From Antedon mediterranea (Eukaryota; Animalia; Echinodermata), in assembly GCF_964355755.1 (NCBI RefSeq), contig NC_092677.1, positions 27,515,175-27,579,174 of the forward strand: a stretch of DNA of 64,000 nt, given 5' to 3'. A program made the translations under genes and the position numbers. The notes under the pieces were generated by a model. That model was not told where the DNA came from, made no database searches, and saw nothing but the letters and a program-made list of their open reading frames with translations. Positions 49,231-62,675 of this stretch are shown here, piece by piece (positions within the stretch are counted from its first letter, which is position 1; each line of letters begins with the position of its first letter).

Positions 49231-49737
49231 AGAGAGGTTTCGCAATCTTACGAATACGATAACGAAAACGGATACGTCACGCACACGTATTTGTTTTCGT
49301 AAGCCAGTAAAAATCTGTTTCGCATGGCAACGAAATATTGAGGCGCGTCCAAAATATGACTGCGGTAAATTTGAGCGAAGCGCAGGTGCGTGTTGCTTGG
49401 TGCTTGGCTGCCTAGGCCTAGCGTAACATCAAGGCGAGTGAGGACTTTAAAAACTGCTATTTATCAAAATTGACTTGGCATTTTAGTAAATTACTTTAGT
49501 AAATTACTTTCAATAAATCTATAATTATATTATAATCATGTATCATTCCTGATTCAAATGCAAAATGTGCAAAATAGATCAAAAACTATACTCGTTTTGT
49601 AGTTACGAATATGACTGGTGATATTCGTCAACACGAATACGCTTTATGAATATGAGATGGGGATCAGCTCAAAAGTTTCACAAATGTATGACGTATCCGT
49701 TTTCGTTATCGTATTCGTAAGATTGCGAAACCTCCCT
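49231..49737. mobile_element. MITE (507 bp), ISL2EU-like
   Basis: 49-bp TIR ag(a/g)gaggtttcgcaatcttacgaatacgataacgaaaacggatacgtca with one mismatch, flanked by AT on both sides. Superfamily inferred from the AT TSD and RGR termini. Confidence 0.85.
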
Positions 49738-52700
49738 ATTGACATATTTAACAAGTTTACCCTAAAATCCATACATTACAAAACTAGGCACTAATCATTG
49801 TCAAACGTGTATATAGGCACAAAAGTTTATTTCATATTTCTATGACATGTGTTTATTTCAGATTTCTATGCTTGTGTTTTATAGACTTTAAAATGTACAT
49901 TTAATGTATGGCACATTAATGTTGTAGGTTAGTAATATTAATGATGGTGACACCATGTCAGTACCAATGTTGGGTTACATTAATGTAGTCACCGCAGCAG
50001 CCTTGGTTAGTGCTGGCTTATGTAACCCTTCTCTGACTGAGTAAATATTGTTTAGCAAGGCTTTATGAAATCTGTTGAGCAGAGTCTATTTTGTCCCGAG
50101 GTTGTACGGTGCTCGTTTGTAGACTTGTTCATTCCAGCAACAGCATAGCTGCCATATTGTATACACTCTGCTGGTCCCTTGCTGTAGGATAAAGCTAATG
50201 TTAGGGATCATCTGCAAAGTGTTTGAATGTGAGTAATTATGGGATTCTTTTGTTTTTAAAACATAATTAGTTTATAATGTTCGGTTTATTTATGATTTGT
50301 GATAATTATAACTTATAAGATTTTTAGATTTTGTAGTTACTAATTCAGAGTTGTTCGGCCATAAAAATGTTTTTTATGGTTTTATATTCTGTAGAAATTG
50401 TGTTTCAATTCTTATATGATTATAATATTAGGTTGTTTGATAAATTAAAGATAAATTAAAAATGATTATATTACGCTGTTTACAGTAATTGAATATTGAA
50501 TTGTACAGTTACTGATATTTTGTTAGTAACTGGTATTGATAATTTCAACTTGGTAAAATTAAATCTATATAAATCAATTATGTATGACTCTATGAGTGAT
50601 AGGCTAACTATATAGTACATATGCCACACCCTGTATACAGTAATATTCAAGTTGACTATATAGTACTGCTAACTACATATGCCACACCCTGTATACAGTA
50701 ATATTAGTATGATAGGACTAATTTATTGTTACTCATGCTTTTAAAAATGAATTGATATATTCATTTGAAAATCTATTTTTCTTCGCTTTTATTAAATAGA
50801 TTTTCATAATTAATTTTGATATTATTATTTAAATGTAATAATGCTGTAAATTATTAAATTTAATTAATTTCTATATATTCCACAACCACCTTTGTAAATT
50901 TAATGGAACAAATGTAAAGATAATCTTTTTGATAAAGTTTTGCGAAGTATCCATAAATTTATAATTTTAATTCACCGTTTTGTTCATTTATTAAAAAAAA
51001 CAAGTTCTCTTGACATTATATTTATGATCCCTGATTTGAAAATTATGTTGCCATAGCGCTTGCATTAGGGATCATCTTCAATGTGCTTGAATATCAGGAA
51101 GTGATGATGTGGCAGTGTTTAATTTAAATTTTTGTTGTTGGCTTGGTAGGGTGTTACCTTTATTCCGTTAACTTGGTTGGAAAAAAAGGAAAAGAAAAAC
51201 TCGCAATATTCATCACGTGCAACCAAATTGCACCTTTATCTTCTATCTTATCTAAATAGATAATTCAATTAGTTCAAGAAAGATAAACACCAAATACTAA
51301 GAGGAAGTCATGATTCAAAATAGTATTATCCACTGTATTTATTTGAAAAAAGTTAAATAACTTCTATTTTATTTTCCAATCTATTTTTAATCATTATCCA
51401 TTTACACAGAATGTATGCATATTGTAAGTATTACGTTCAGAGATTCTACTAGAGCTCTGTCCACACATCAAACTGTATGTGACGTGCCCATTGGACATGA
51501 TGATGTCATTTTACTATACATATTTGGGCATATGACTACCATATTTGAGCACATCAAACTTTTTTGTCAAACTTGTTGTATAGTGTAGATAGAGCTTAAG
51601 GTTGGAGTTTTCTTGCATTTTTCTGTCAAATAAAACAAAAAATAATTCAGTGAATCGTTTGGTATTCAACATGACATTTTTCTTAGTTTCCAAACTACTA
51701 CAACACTAATGAATAAAATAGGAATTAATATTATGCAAATGAAATGAAACGTGACCGGCCTTTTAAAATTCCGGAATACTGGCCGTTTTAAGGGATTCTG
51801 TTTGAAGATGCTTCTTATGAATATTTTAGATAATGTTATGAGACCTTTTCTGATAGTTTGAAGAGACATAAATAGTTGATTTAATGAGTTAGCATAATGA
51901 TTATGATAATACTACAAGATGACATCATCTTCTTTTCAAATTGTTAATTCTGTATAGTTTTTTTCAAAGTTGGGAATCATCATTTTAGAGCAGAGAAGAT
52001 ATTAAATCACTTGAATGAAATTACAAAGTCTCCCAAAACTGAGCAACCTACTATTGTAAGGTCGGTCCAAGATTCATTTTCTGTCCAGAATTTAGTTTCT
52101 GTGGCAACAAAAATCTTTGTTTTGAAACTGGTTTTGTGAGAGTTTCTGTTTCTTCTGTCGAATTTTTGAAAAGTTAACCTTTGACATTTGTTTCTTTCAA
52201 TAGCTGTTGCATTTCAACATACATTAAATATACAGTGTTTGCATTATTTTTGCTTGAGCAGTTTCCTTTTAAAATGTATTATTGTTCCATGTTTGTTCCC
52301 TAAGTAAGCAAAAAAAGAATTCAATACAAAAATAATTCCTTTTCATTATTAATTGTCAAAAGATGATTTATTACAATGTAAATTACATTTCAGAATTTAT
52401 AGTTGTCGTTTTTGTTCATATTCGTACTCTGTTGATTTAGATTAGCACAAATGAATGGAATCTTGTTTATAATATAATTTCATAAAAGCTTTGAATTTGA
52501 AATAAGGCTTTTGTTCTTTATAACTGAAGCAGTACTGAAAAGCTTAGTTGTCGGAAATCCTCATCTTCAGGGATTTGCTTCAATTAGTTGGACTTAAATT
52601 ACAGGGATGTTCTAAAAATATTTTTCAATTCTTAATTCTAATTCATTTGTAAACATATGATCAGTATGTATATTGTTTCTTCGGGTAATACCAATTGTAA

Positions 52701-54770
52701 AATCCAACGTTGAAGCTGTGAAAGGCGTAATATTTAGTCAGTAATATCATGGTTTGATTGCCCTACCATGCAAACCTAAGTCTGAACTTTATTGAATCTT
52801 CTAAGAATTAGGATTAACCAGCAGTTTCACATTAAGACTGTACTAGGTTAGAATTTAATTTGAGAATCAACAATTATGATTTGATTATCACTTCATGAAC
52901 AAATTTCCCACAATGCAACTATAGCATATGAAGTTTGTGAGCTGAGTTGTGTGAAAAATTATTTTGTTTGTTATAAAAATAATATCTGCCAAAGCCAAAA
53001 GGGAAATTGAAATTCGCACTCATATATTTTGTGATTAATTCAAAATACTCATTTCCGTCATTTTTTTTCTGAAAACATTGGCTTGCAATCAAACAAAGGT
53101 CAAATAATTACACACTTATCATCTTCAGTTTGATGGATTTAATAGCAAAAATGCTTCTTACATAATGTTTATGAAAGTTAGTTTGTTAGTGTGAAAATGG
53201 GAATTAGTAAGTTATAGCATACTATAGTACTTTGCTGCTATGCCTTGTCCCGTTAGTTCTATAATGAAAATCAACCTAGTTGCAATCAATATTTGGTCGA
53301 CACACTCATGTAAGAAACAACAATTGTAGACAAGCCCCTAGCCACGATATACAGAGTAAAATTTGTCATAAGCTATGTTATTTATCTGGTCTATAGTATT
53401 GCCACTTCCACTGCTGGACTAGTTTTTTAAAAGGCACCCCAATCCCTGCTTACAGTCTTGTACCTATGTATTGATTAGTAAACCCAACCAGCTGCGTTGC
53501 TTAAACTATAGATTCTGTGATTAATGAAATAAACCTTGAAATTTGTACATTGATTTTTAGACTTAATAATCATTCCATCTCTGTCGATTTTGTGTTTTTA
53601 GATTACATATGAAAATGGAACAGTAATCCCAGTAGTGTAAATAAAATAGATCAACTATTCCATGGGGAATGCATAGTGCCTCACATGTTCAGAGCTCACT
53701 CAGTACAAGCACAAATAGAACAAACAATGATGCCTGGCAACGTCTTGACAGACTTTCTGTATTTTGATCATTAAACAAACTAGTTTGACAAAAAAAGTGT
53801 GACGTGCCCAAATATGGGAGTAATATTCCCTAATATGGTAGTGATATGACATCATGATGTCCATATATGGGCATATCACATTTTTTTGTCACATAAAGTT
53901 TGAAGAAAAAAATGACAGCAGCATCAGTTGTTATCCCTGTGAAATTATTATCAATGAATAAGAACAATCATTTTCGATCAGACAGCTCATTTTTATTTCA
54001 TTTACAATTTTAAATTGGGAAGAGACATGTCTACATTTTAAAATTGGTTTTTCCTTTCTAGTCTGCTTCAGTCTAAACTCTGTTACCTGTATTGTATAGA
54101 ATGTTGGTAATAGTTATTGAGTATCATATTTTACTAAGCCTTGATGATCAGTTTCTACTGAACTTGTAGTAGCAAAATGAAAACAGAATCTGTGTTAAAC
54201 TGTGGATATTACTGTAGTAGTAGGACAGGTCACATTGAGGCCTAGAATTTGTGATGACTCAACTACTCATGAAAGCATCTGTTTGTTGTTGTTGCGTAAC
54301 TGTACTAATAATCAATGGATTAATTGATCGCTATTATAAGTAATACAAAGAGAAGTCTCAAAGATAATCATGATGTCATCAACTATAGAAAGGCACATTC
54401 AGTTAGACAATTTCTTTTATTTGTTTTACAATGAGTGAATTGCTTTATTTGTTTTGCTTGGTCTTGTTAAATCTTAAGACAATAGATCAGTGCAATACAA
54501 GATTGCTAACATAACATCATAGTGGTACAAACAGAGAAATTGTACTGTAGACTATACATTTCAGTGATCTGTACTTTACCCATACATGCAAAGAAATTTA
54601 ATACTCTCTTACTAAACCCAGTTAACATTATTAGTAACATTTTCTGATGGCAAGAAAAAAGATAATGGTTTATGGAGGTTGATGAGGTAAGTCGATTGCT
54701 AACTGCTTCGTTCTATAAGTCAAATGCTAACTGGTTCATTCTAAGTTGACTGCTAACTGCTTCGTTCTAA

Positions 54771-55399
54771 GGGCGCGTTTATACAACACGCTATTACACG
54801 CATTATTCAACACGCCTACGAGAAGTGTGTTGTATAACACCGAAGAGATTCCGTGTAATGAGATTTTAATTGCAAAAAAGGCTACTTGGCTGAATCCTAA
54901 AATGTTGTGGATTCCCGGTTGCTGTTGGCGTGTTGGAAGTGTCCTCAGGGTATTGTTTTGACCTCTCGTTAAATATAAGTATGTGCTGTGAAAATGTTGA
55001 CCAAATCTAGTAGATAATTGTGCTTTTTTTGCATATTTTAATTGATTTAGCACTTAACAATAACATTAACGCTAATTAATGTTGGCATAATTTGGCAAAA
55101 TGTAGCATAGTTTTATCCTAATTCTAAAACATTTTTTTTTAAATTTCAAAAGCAGATTTAAAAAATCAATAACTGAATAAACTAAATTTTAAACGAAATC
55201 ATCCGTTTTATTAAAATCCTTAATAAACTAATTTAATTCATAATGCATGCGAGTACAACTTAGAATTATGAACTATGGTATAACACGGTATTACGATTTA
55301 ATGTATAACTGCAAGGTTTTTGTGGGGTTAACCTCGGCCCGTGCAACACGCTAAAAATTAAAAATGTGTTCAAATTTAGGGTGTTGTATAAACACAGCC
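54771..55399. mobile_element. PIF/Harbinger-type MITE (629 bp)
   Basis: TIR gggcgcgtttatacaacacgc versus rev-comp ggctgtgtttatacaacaccc, TAA TSD (54768-70 and 55400-02), internal acaacacg repeats. Confidence 0.75.
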
Positions 55400-58300
55400 T
55401 AAAGTCGAATGCTAACTGCCTGGTTCTAAGTTGTTGGCAGGCTCACCAATCGTTGCAGCATCGTGGTTCCAAGTTGTTGGCAGGCTCACCAATCGTTGCA
55501 GCATCGTGGTTCTAAGTTGTTGGCTGGCTCACTAGTCGTTGCAGCATCGTGTTGCTGTGTCATTATTTACCTTTGCTGCTATGCCTTGACCCGGATTAGT
55601 TCTATAATAAAAATCAACCTATGCAATCAATATTTGGTTAGTGATATATTGTGACACACCCACATAAAGAACAACACAATCTTTATGGACCATGTTACAA
55701 GCTCTTATATCTGTAGTATGTTGTTTCTATTGACAAACATTGTGGCTATGTGCCTTTGCCATTTAAAGACAAAGTAAACACATTCCTATTTTACAAAACT
55801 ATACAAATTGATAATAAAAGTAACTTAAATGAAACTACTACTAGACTCATGTTTGCTTTCATTTTGGGATTCAATCAATACCAGTGTACTGTTGAAAAAA
55901 AATTTAAACGTAACATGTTCTGTGTTAACTATCTATTTCAAAATACTGTTCTGAGTTTATTATATACTGTATATATTAAAAAGATACTTCAGAGTGTTTG
56001 TAAAATTGCATGACAAATGACATTAAAAACACCTTTTTTCTGTTAACTATCTTTTTTACTATGCTTGTGAATTAATGAAAGATACAAAAACATTAAGTTG
56101 ATAACTAACATTTCAAGTGTATTATATAGTAACTTCTATAAAACATAGGTATAGAATTGTGAGTGGCACCTCAACCTTGAAGCTACTTCATTTTCTCAAC
56201 AAATTCAAAGGAATCTTTATCAACAAATGTTACTTAAAGGTACATAAAAGGGTTGTCAAAGTCTTTGTACAAGTTGTTTTGAGTGCAATATTTAAATTTA
56301 TTACTGAAAGGTCTACTGATAATTGACAAGAGTGTAGAGCTATAAAAGCCCCATGTGTCTACATACTTCATCATGACATGCACTCCTGAGGTAAACAAGA
56401 TAATACATCAATAAGCTATAGAAAATTTCCAAATCTGGTAATTTTTCATCCAATAAGAAAGCAGCTTCCCAGCATGTTAGTTAATTGCGTTTTCTTCAAT
56501 TTGTTTCTTGCATCCCCTGCCTGTTGATTCAATATCACATGCAAGACGACTGAAGGAGAGGTCAAGCAACTATTGTGGATATGATTTAATGTGATTGGAG
56601 GACATCAAATTATGAATACAACAACAAGTAATATCTTTTGTGGTCAATCAAGATATACTACATCTTGGTTCTGACACTAGTGACAAAAAATATTACAAAA
56701 ATCTATAATAAGGCTTATATTCAACATTGATTGATTTCAAGTGTCTACATCTGCTAATTGCCATTGTCTTTCATTAAGAACATGCTTAGGTCATTGTTCC
56801 TTTTATAACTACAGTTTAGAATTTTCTTGTTAGAACCTCACAAAAGGTTATCTTCAACTTGGAACCTAGCTGTTCAGTAGCAAATACAGCCTAGGCCTAT
56901 AATATTATATTGTTTCATGGGAATTTCAATTTTTGTCTGGATTCATATTGATACAATACCACATTTTATTTATTTTAAGGTAAGCAGAATAGAAAATATA
57001 CCAGCATTACTTTTATTTGTATACATTACATTGTTATTGTACTTAATTATGGTACCAGTATAATTTGTCAGCTAAAGTACAGCACGTATTATGATCTCAA
57101 GTGACTACCATCACCAACCTATCTTTACTCTTCACCATGTTGTTATTCATTTCTATGCATGTCACAATTTGGCTTTACTTCCCATCTTCAGGATGAGACA
57201 ATAAGGCGGGTAAAAGCAAAGTGGCTTTTAAGTAAAACGTGACAAAGACTGATTTGATGTTGTCTTTAATAAACATGCATCTTTCTGATTCCTTATTATT
57301 GTACCATTTACAGTAATATTAATTCCTTTGTATGTTATTTGTACCATTTCTCTATACAGTAATTGTAGGCCTACATAGTCTGTTGCTGTGCCATTTATCT
57401 ATACGGCAGTAGCAGGCCTAGTGTATTACTGTAGTCTGTATGTTATTGCTGTGCCTTTTTCTATAGTAGTAGTAGGGCTATTAAAATGTTTCTTTGCTAT
57501 TGCAATAGGCCTAGCCAGCATACAGCCTGGCTGTATGTTATTCCTGAGCCATTTTACTGTGATAAGTTATGCTATGTATGTTTATATTTGTTGTGGTTTT
57601 TGTCAATGAAAATTGGTCATACATGTGTAGTAAACAATTGTGGTTAAAAACGATATCAAGGATGTGGTTCTGATAAGTTTAATTAATGACAAATCTAAGT
57701 GCTATGATGATACTAATAAGAACTGCCTCCAGAGTGCAATTACACTGTATATCTACCAATATCACTGAAAACTACCACTTATGTGTATCTAAGCATTCAC
57801 TTGGCTTTGAGTCCAAGACGGAGGCTAAAATCTTATACAGTAATTTCAAATCAAATTACTTTGTGTAATTAAGATTTTGATTATAATAAGTAAACAGGGA
57901 TAATTTGATTGAATGCTCACTCTTCATTTATTAATTTATCCAAATTCTACCATTGGTAAACTTTATATTGCTTATTCTAATTACACAATGTTTCGGTATC
58001 TGGTGGAGAGTACCACTACCTACCAGTACCAGTATTCTATTAATTGAATTATATCCAGTATTTATCAGAATTTAAAATTATGCAGAAGTATGGATCTGAC
58101 GAACTGTATTGTGATTGTAATGATTCTGTTAGCAATTCATGCAGGTTGTTTTATCAAGTCTTTTGTTTCTAATAAGTACTGTAATAAGTGGTTGCTTAGT
58201 TGTAAAGGGATTCTATCCACACTATGTATGTAAACTGGAGTTCCTGCACTACTAGTAGTATAGGGTGTAGTATTTAAGGTTATTTAATTTTTTAGGTGAT

Positions 58301-58586
58301 ATCTGTGTGTGATTATAAAGTTGAAGGGATTGACCACTATAACATTACTCTGGAGTTTTAAGTTCAGGTACTTAACATTAGTAGTACAGTATTTAAGGGG
58401 ATAGTGTTTGTCCTTAAGTTTTTTTTTTGTGATTTCTGTGTACTTTGTTTTCTGAAACTTTTTCAGAATCTTGTCAGAGTATTTTTATAAATCCACTTAG
58501 TCTACACTTGTCTGTCAACATTTCTTGTAAGATCATACCTTTCCATTAAATACATAAGATTTATTAATTTCTTCTTTTTTTCTCAG

Positions 58587-58755
58587 GTGCATTACTTAAT
58601 GGACTAATGCTGTAGGAAGCAGAAGAAGTGACTTTATCTATATTTACTTATCATTATATGTACCATCGGCACTACCAAGGATTTTAAATGTTGCCAACAG
58701 GACACTTACAAATGGTCCTTACGGGAGATTTTAATCGTTACAAAGTTTTTCCACA
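58587..58755 (+). other. ANKRD11: 5'UTR portion of the first coding exon of the ANKRD11-like gene (uORF-rich)
   Basis: Strong acceptor tttcttcttttttttctcag ending at 58586. An in-frame TAA at 58732-34 precedes the ATG at 58756. Confidence 0.75.
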
Positions 58756-58785
58756 ATGACGGATAAACATTCTCCACATAAGAAG
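58756..58785 (+). CDS. ANKRD11: ANKRD11/12-like protein, first coding segment MTDKHSPHKK
   Basis: acaATG start and aag|gtaagt donor at phase 0 after KK. Parallels human ANKRD11 MVEKQTGKK followed by a phase-0 intron (recalled). Confidence 0.65.
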
Positions 58786-58993
58786 GTAAGTTTCTTTCTT
58801 TAAATAATAATAATTGGTGTTGTTAAAGCTCTCTTTCTGTCTATTATTTTCCCAAAAATAAGTTATAAACATTGTAAACATAAATAAAACTTAATAATAA
58901 TGGGGAAGGATTATTTAAAAAATAATAACTAATCAAGTTCAGCCCCTAAACATTAAAGAATAAATAGTTAATAAATAAGGGCGACCTTTCTAA

Positions 58994-59134
58994 AATTGTT
59001 TTCCACTTGGACGCAACTCAAGCACGTAGGCGCAACACAGATTGTTTGACCAATCACACAAGTGACAATCCATCGCATTATTGGTCAAATTATTTACAGT
59101 GATCCCTGCGTTGCGTCTAAGTGGAAACCAAGCC
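58994..59134. mobile_element. Short Harbinger-like MITE
   Basis: Inverted ends tttccacttggacgcaac and gttgcgtctaagtggaaa, flanked by TAA/TTA. Confidence 0.65.
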
Positions 59135-61592
59135 TTAGTTGGTAGAAATTGTAACATTCTCAATAAATATGATTTCTCACTTTTTATATGTATGTGTACT
59201 GTAATTTTTTTATGAACTTAAAATGTAAGCAGGTTTCTAAAACTTCCATTTTTATTATTTAATTAAAGCTGGAAACTTAAATTCGAAAGTTTACTGTGTC
59301 TGAAGTTGCTTTAGTTTGCTCAGCACAACTTGTCACTATAAATTAAATGTTGAGAATGTAGACCTGGCTGTTGATGAAAGACTTGAAGAAATTCAATTTA
59401 ACAATTAACAATTTTAAAATGGAAAACACAATAATTTGAATAAATTTCTTTGGAAATTTAATTTTTATAATACATAATTTGAATTTGACTAGGCTGCTTT
59501 GAGTTACATGTCTAGCTCCTTATTTTTGACATATGAACACTGGGAGTAGAACACTGCAAGGTATTGTGCATACACCTATGGCTATATACAAGACTTTTAG
59601 AACAATAAAGTCTAGTATGAATATATAACATATACATATACCCATTGGGTAATAAACTGTTTATTATTAATCAGAAACTATTTGATAAATCCTACAAACA
59701 ATGCATAATTATAAATAGTTAATGGGTTTCAAAATATATAATCCAATGATATTCACTATATCTAAATCTGATGAACTATGATTTTGCAAATTGTTATTGG
59801 TTCAAGTGGCTGAATTGCGAAATGTATACAGTAGGTGGTACTGTGTATTTGTATAGTACTGTAGTATCATCTAGGCTAATAGGGAGTTTTACTGTTAACT
59901 GTTTAGTTGTGTGTGTTGATCAAGATCTTGAATTCAACTCATTTTAAAGAACGTCGTAATGTGTACAGTAAGTCAAGTATTTTGGCTGTTTTTTTATTAT
60001 GTGCCTAAAAGTACAATAAAATGTCTGTTTGATAAAATGTTTTTTTTTAAATAATGAATAACTGTTAAGTTGAATTGGGAGAATATTATCAAAGTTAAAA
60101 GATTGACTATCAGTATTGCAATATTCAAGTCTACTGCGTTTGAACAGAGAATATTGTCCCTGGTTTGAACAACCATTTTTTTTTTCAAAAAGCAGGGCAT
60201 GCAATAGTATCTTTCAATCATTAAAATGGGAGAGAATAATGCATGACATGCACTATGAAATCAACCAATCAAATGGCATTTTATAATAGATATAAACATT
60301 TAATAATTAACATCGTTATGCCACCAGATGGGCTGGCTAATTGGTTAAAAACCAGTCCATTTATCAAAATCATTTGGTTTAATATAGCCAGCAAGCATGT
60401 CCATTGTAAAGCAAGATTTAATAAAGCCAGTATGCAGTCATCAAGTACTTTATGTTTCAAATTTCCATATTTGACCAACGTAAACACAATATTCTTTTGA
60501 AACAATTATGTGTTCTAATAATGATACCATAAGGTATATGGTCGTACCATTTATTTACTGCAATATGTTTATTGTTTTGCACAGTGTACTGTGCAGCATT
60601 ATAGTAGTTATTTATTTCAGATTTTGTCACACGGTTCACCTGCAATTAGACTAGACTGTTTCAATCAAAGCCAATGGTATTTGTTTAAACCCCAAATAGT
60701 TTCTAGTAACGGTGTGAAATTTTTGCTTGGTTTTTCCTTTTCCATAAGCTTTGTCGACAGTAGAGTAGGACTGCCTGTAGCCAGGGGAAGAGGTGATTTA
60801 TACTTTGAATGGGTTAACTTCTACTGTAGAGACAAGAAGAAGTGGATTTAATAATAGAAACAGGCCTAAACTGTAACTAGATCATATTGACGATTTTTTT
60901 CCGTTTTGTGAAGAAGAAAAAAAAGAAAGTCTTGATAAAACGCTACCGGGCTTAAACAACAATCGTCTGATACAAATCAAGCATTATATAAAAGCATGAA
61001 CTATAATACTACTACTTTGACCTTCATTCATGCAACAATCTGCTGTTTATATTAACCATCGTACTAGGAAGCTTTTGAAATCCTTGTTAAATTGTATAGC
61101 TTCCGCAAAATCTAATTTAAAAAAAAGAAAAACAAAATTGTAGAGAAATTGCATGAACTATGTCCTTGACGTAATTCCTCTTGTGGCCGGGGTATTGTTC
61201 CAACTGACCATACTGACCATTCAGAGTCCATATTATGGATTATGGCAAATTGGTCAGTATGCCTGGAATTCTAACGATAAATGCTTTGTTATATTAAAGC
61301 TTTAATTAGAATGAAACATGTATTAAAAATAAATAAATTTTCTAAATGAAATCTGTGTAATTTGGTTAGTTTTAATTTAGAATTGTTGAATGTATTTGCC
61401 ACAAGTGACTTCATTCACTTTATTTGGTTGATAATGATTATAATGATATTTATTAAAATGATTAGATTTCAATTACATTTTGACCAGTATATAATGTATA
61501 AAAGCTATTTCTTGTGCAAACTGTACCTGTATTTAGAATAATTTAATTTTTTCTTTTAATAACTATGAAATGTAATTTATTAATTTACGCAG

Positions 61593-61686
61593 GAAAGAAA
61601 TTCTTCTATCAAAACGTCTCCTGCCAACAAAACTAACGACAGGGCTCTCAAGAGGAAGCTATTTCCAGTAACAAATTCCGAAACAG
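61593..61686 (+). CDS. ANKRD11: ANKRD11/12-like protein, second coding exon ERNSSIKTSPANKTNDRALKRKLFPVTNSET (gene continues beyond the window)
   Basis: cag acceptor, 94-nt open frame, phase 0-1, cag|gtaaac donor. DRALKRKLFP resembles human ANKRD11 ERASKRKLPF (recalled). The ankyrin repeats are not in the window, so identity rests on short motifs, exon phases and synteny. Confidence 0.68.
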
Positions 61687-62151
61687 GTAAACTAATTTGT
61701 TTCATTACTAAGTAAAAATGATTGTACTGCAGTAACTACTTCTTATTCCTGTGACATATTACTATACAGTAGTATACTTCAGTATGAGGCAAACACAGAA
61801 TTTATAATTATCCGGAAAAAAGAAAACAAGCTTGCTAAATATTTTAAGATGTAAACAAAATGTACAGTAGTTATTGCAGTAAGAATAATGTTGACATGAT
61901 CATTAAATAGATATTATGATGTGATGTGGAATAATATTGTATTTTATGACTAATACTATTAGTAATGGTTTAAGTAACCTAACGCTAAATATCATTGTAC
62001 CACAAATAAACCATACAACCTACAGAGTGGAGTAATTATTAGTATCAATACTATATTTACTACGGTTAATCCACTATTTCATGGTACCATTTTCTTAGCA
62101 AATTTAAACCACCTTCCTACAGTACATTTAATAATTATTCATACTACAGTA

Positions 62152-62652
62152 CAGTAGAACCTCCATTTTACGTACGGTACGGGACCGAAAGGCGTACGTA
62201 AAACAAGGGATTCGTAAAATCCAGGTTGACCTTAAATTGACCCCAAATACGTAGAGATCGTAGCTGGCCGTGTTTGCCTTCTGTACATTATGCAGGTGGT
62301 CACTAGCTAGGCCTTGCCTAGACTATTCAGGCCAGGCTAGCAGGCCTAGCAAGATGTGAGGCCTAACTAGAAAAGTACAGTATATACAGGCTGTGCGATG
62401 TTTAAATAAAGTGTAAAATATAATTGTTTTCTATAAAAAAAAAAACAGTCGCTGCTTTATGGGGAATGCACGTGTGTAGCTTGTCCCACACACAGCAGAA
62501 TTCCTCACACAGCCATGCTTGTGGCTTTGTGTGCTTTGTTGTTGTTAAATTGCGCCCTCAATGTAAGAAAATGATGACGTCATCGGTTATTTTTAGCGTA
62601 CGTAAAATCGAGGGAACGTAAAATCAGGGTACGTAAAACACAGGTTCTACTG
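62152..62652. mobile_element. Tc1/mariner (pogo/Tigger-like) MITE (501 bp)
   Basis: TA TSD, 24-bp TIR cagtagaacctNNNttttacgtac, internal acgtaaaa repeats. Confidence 0.85.
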
Positions 62653-62675
62653 TATACTAAAACCCAATAGTATCT

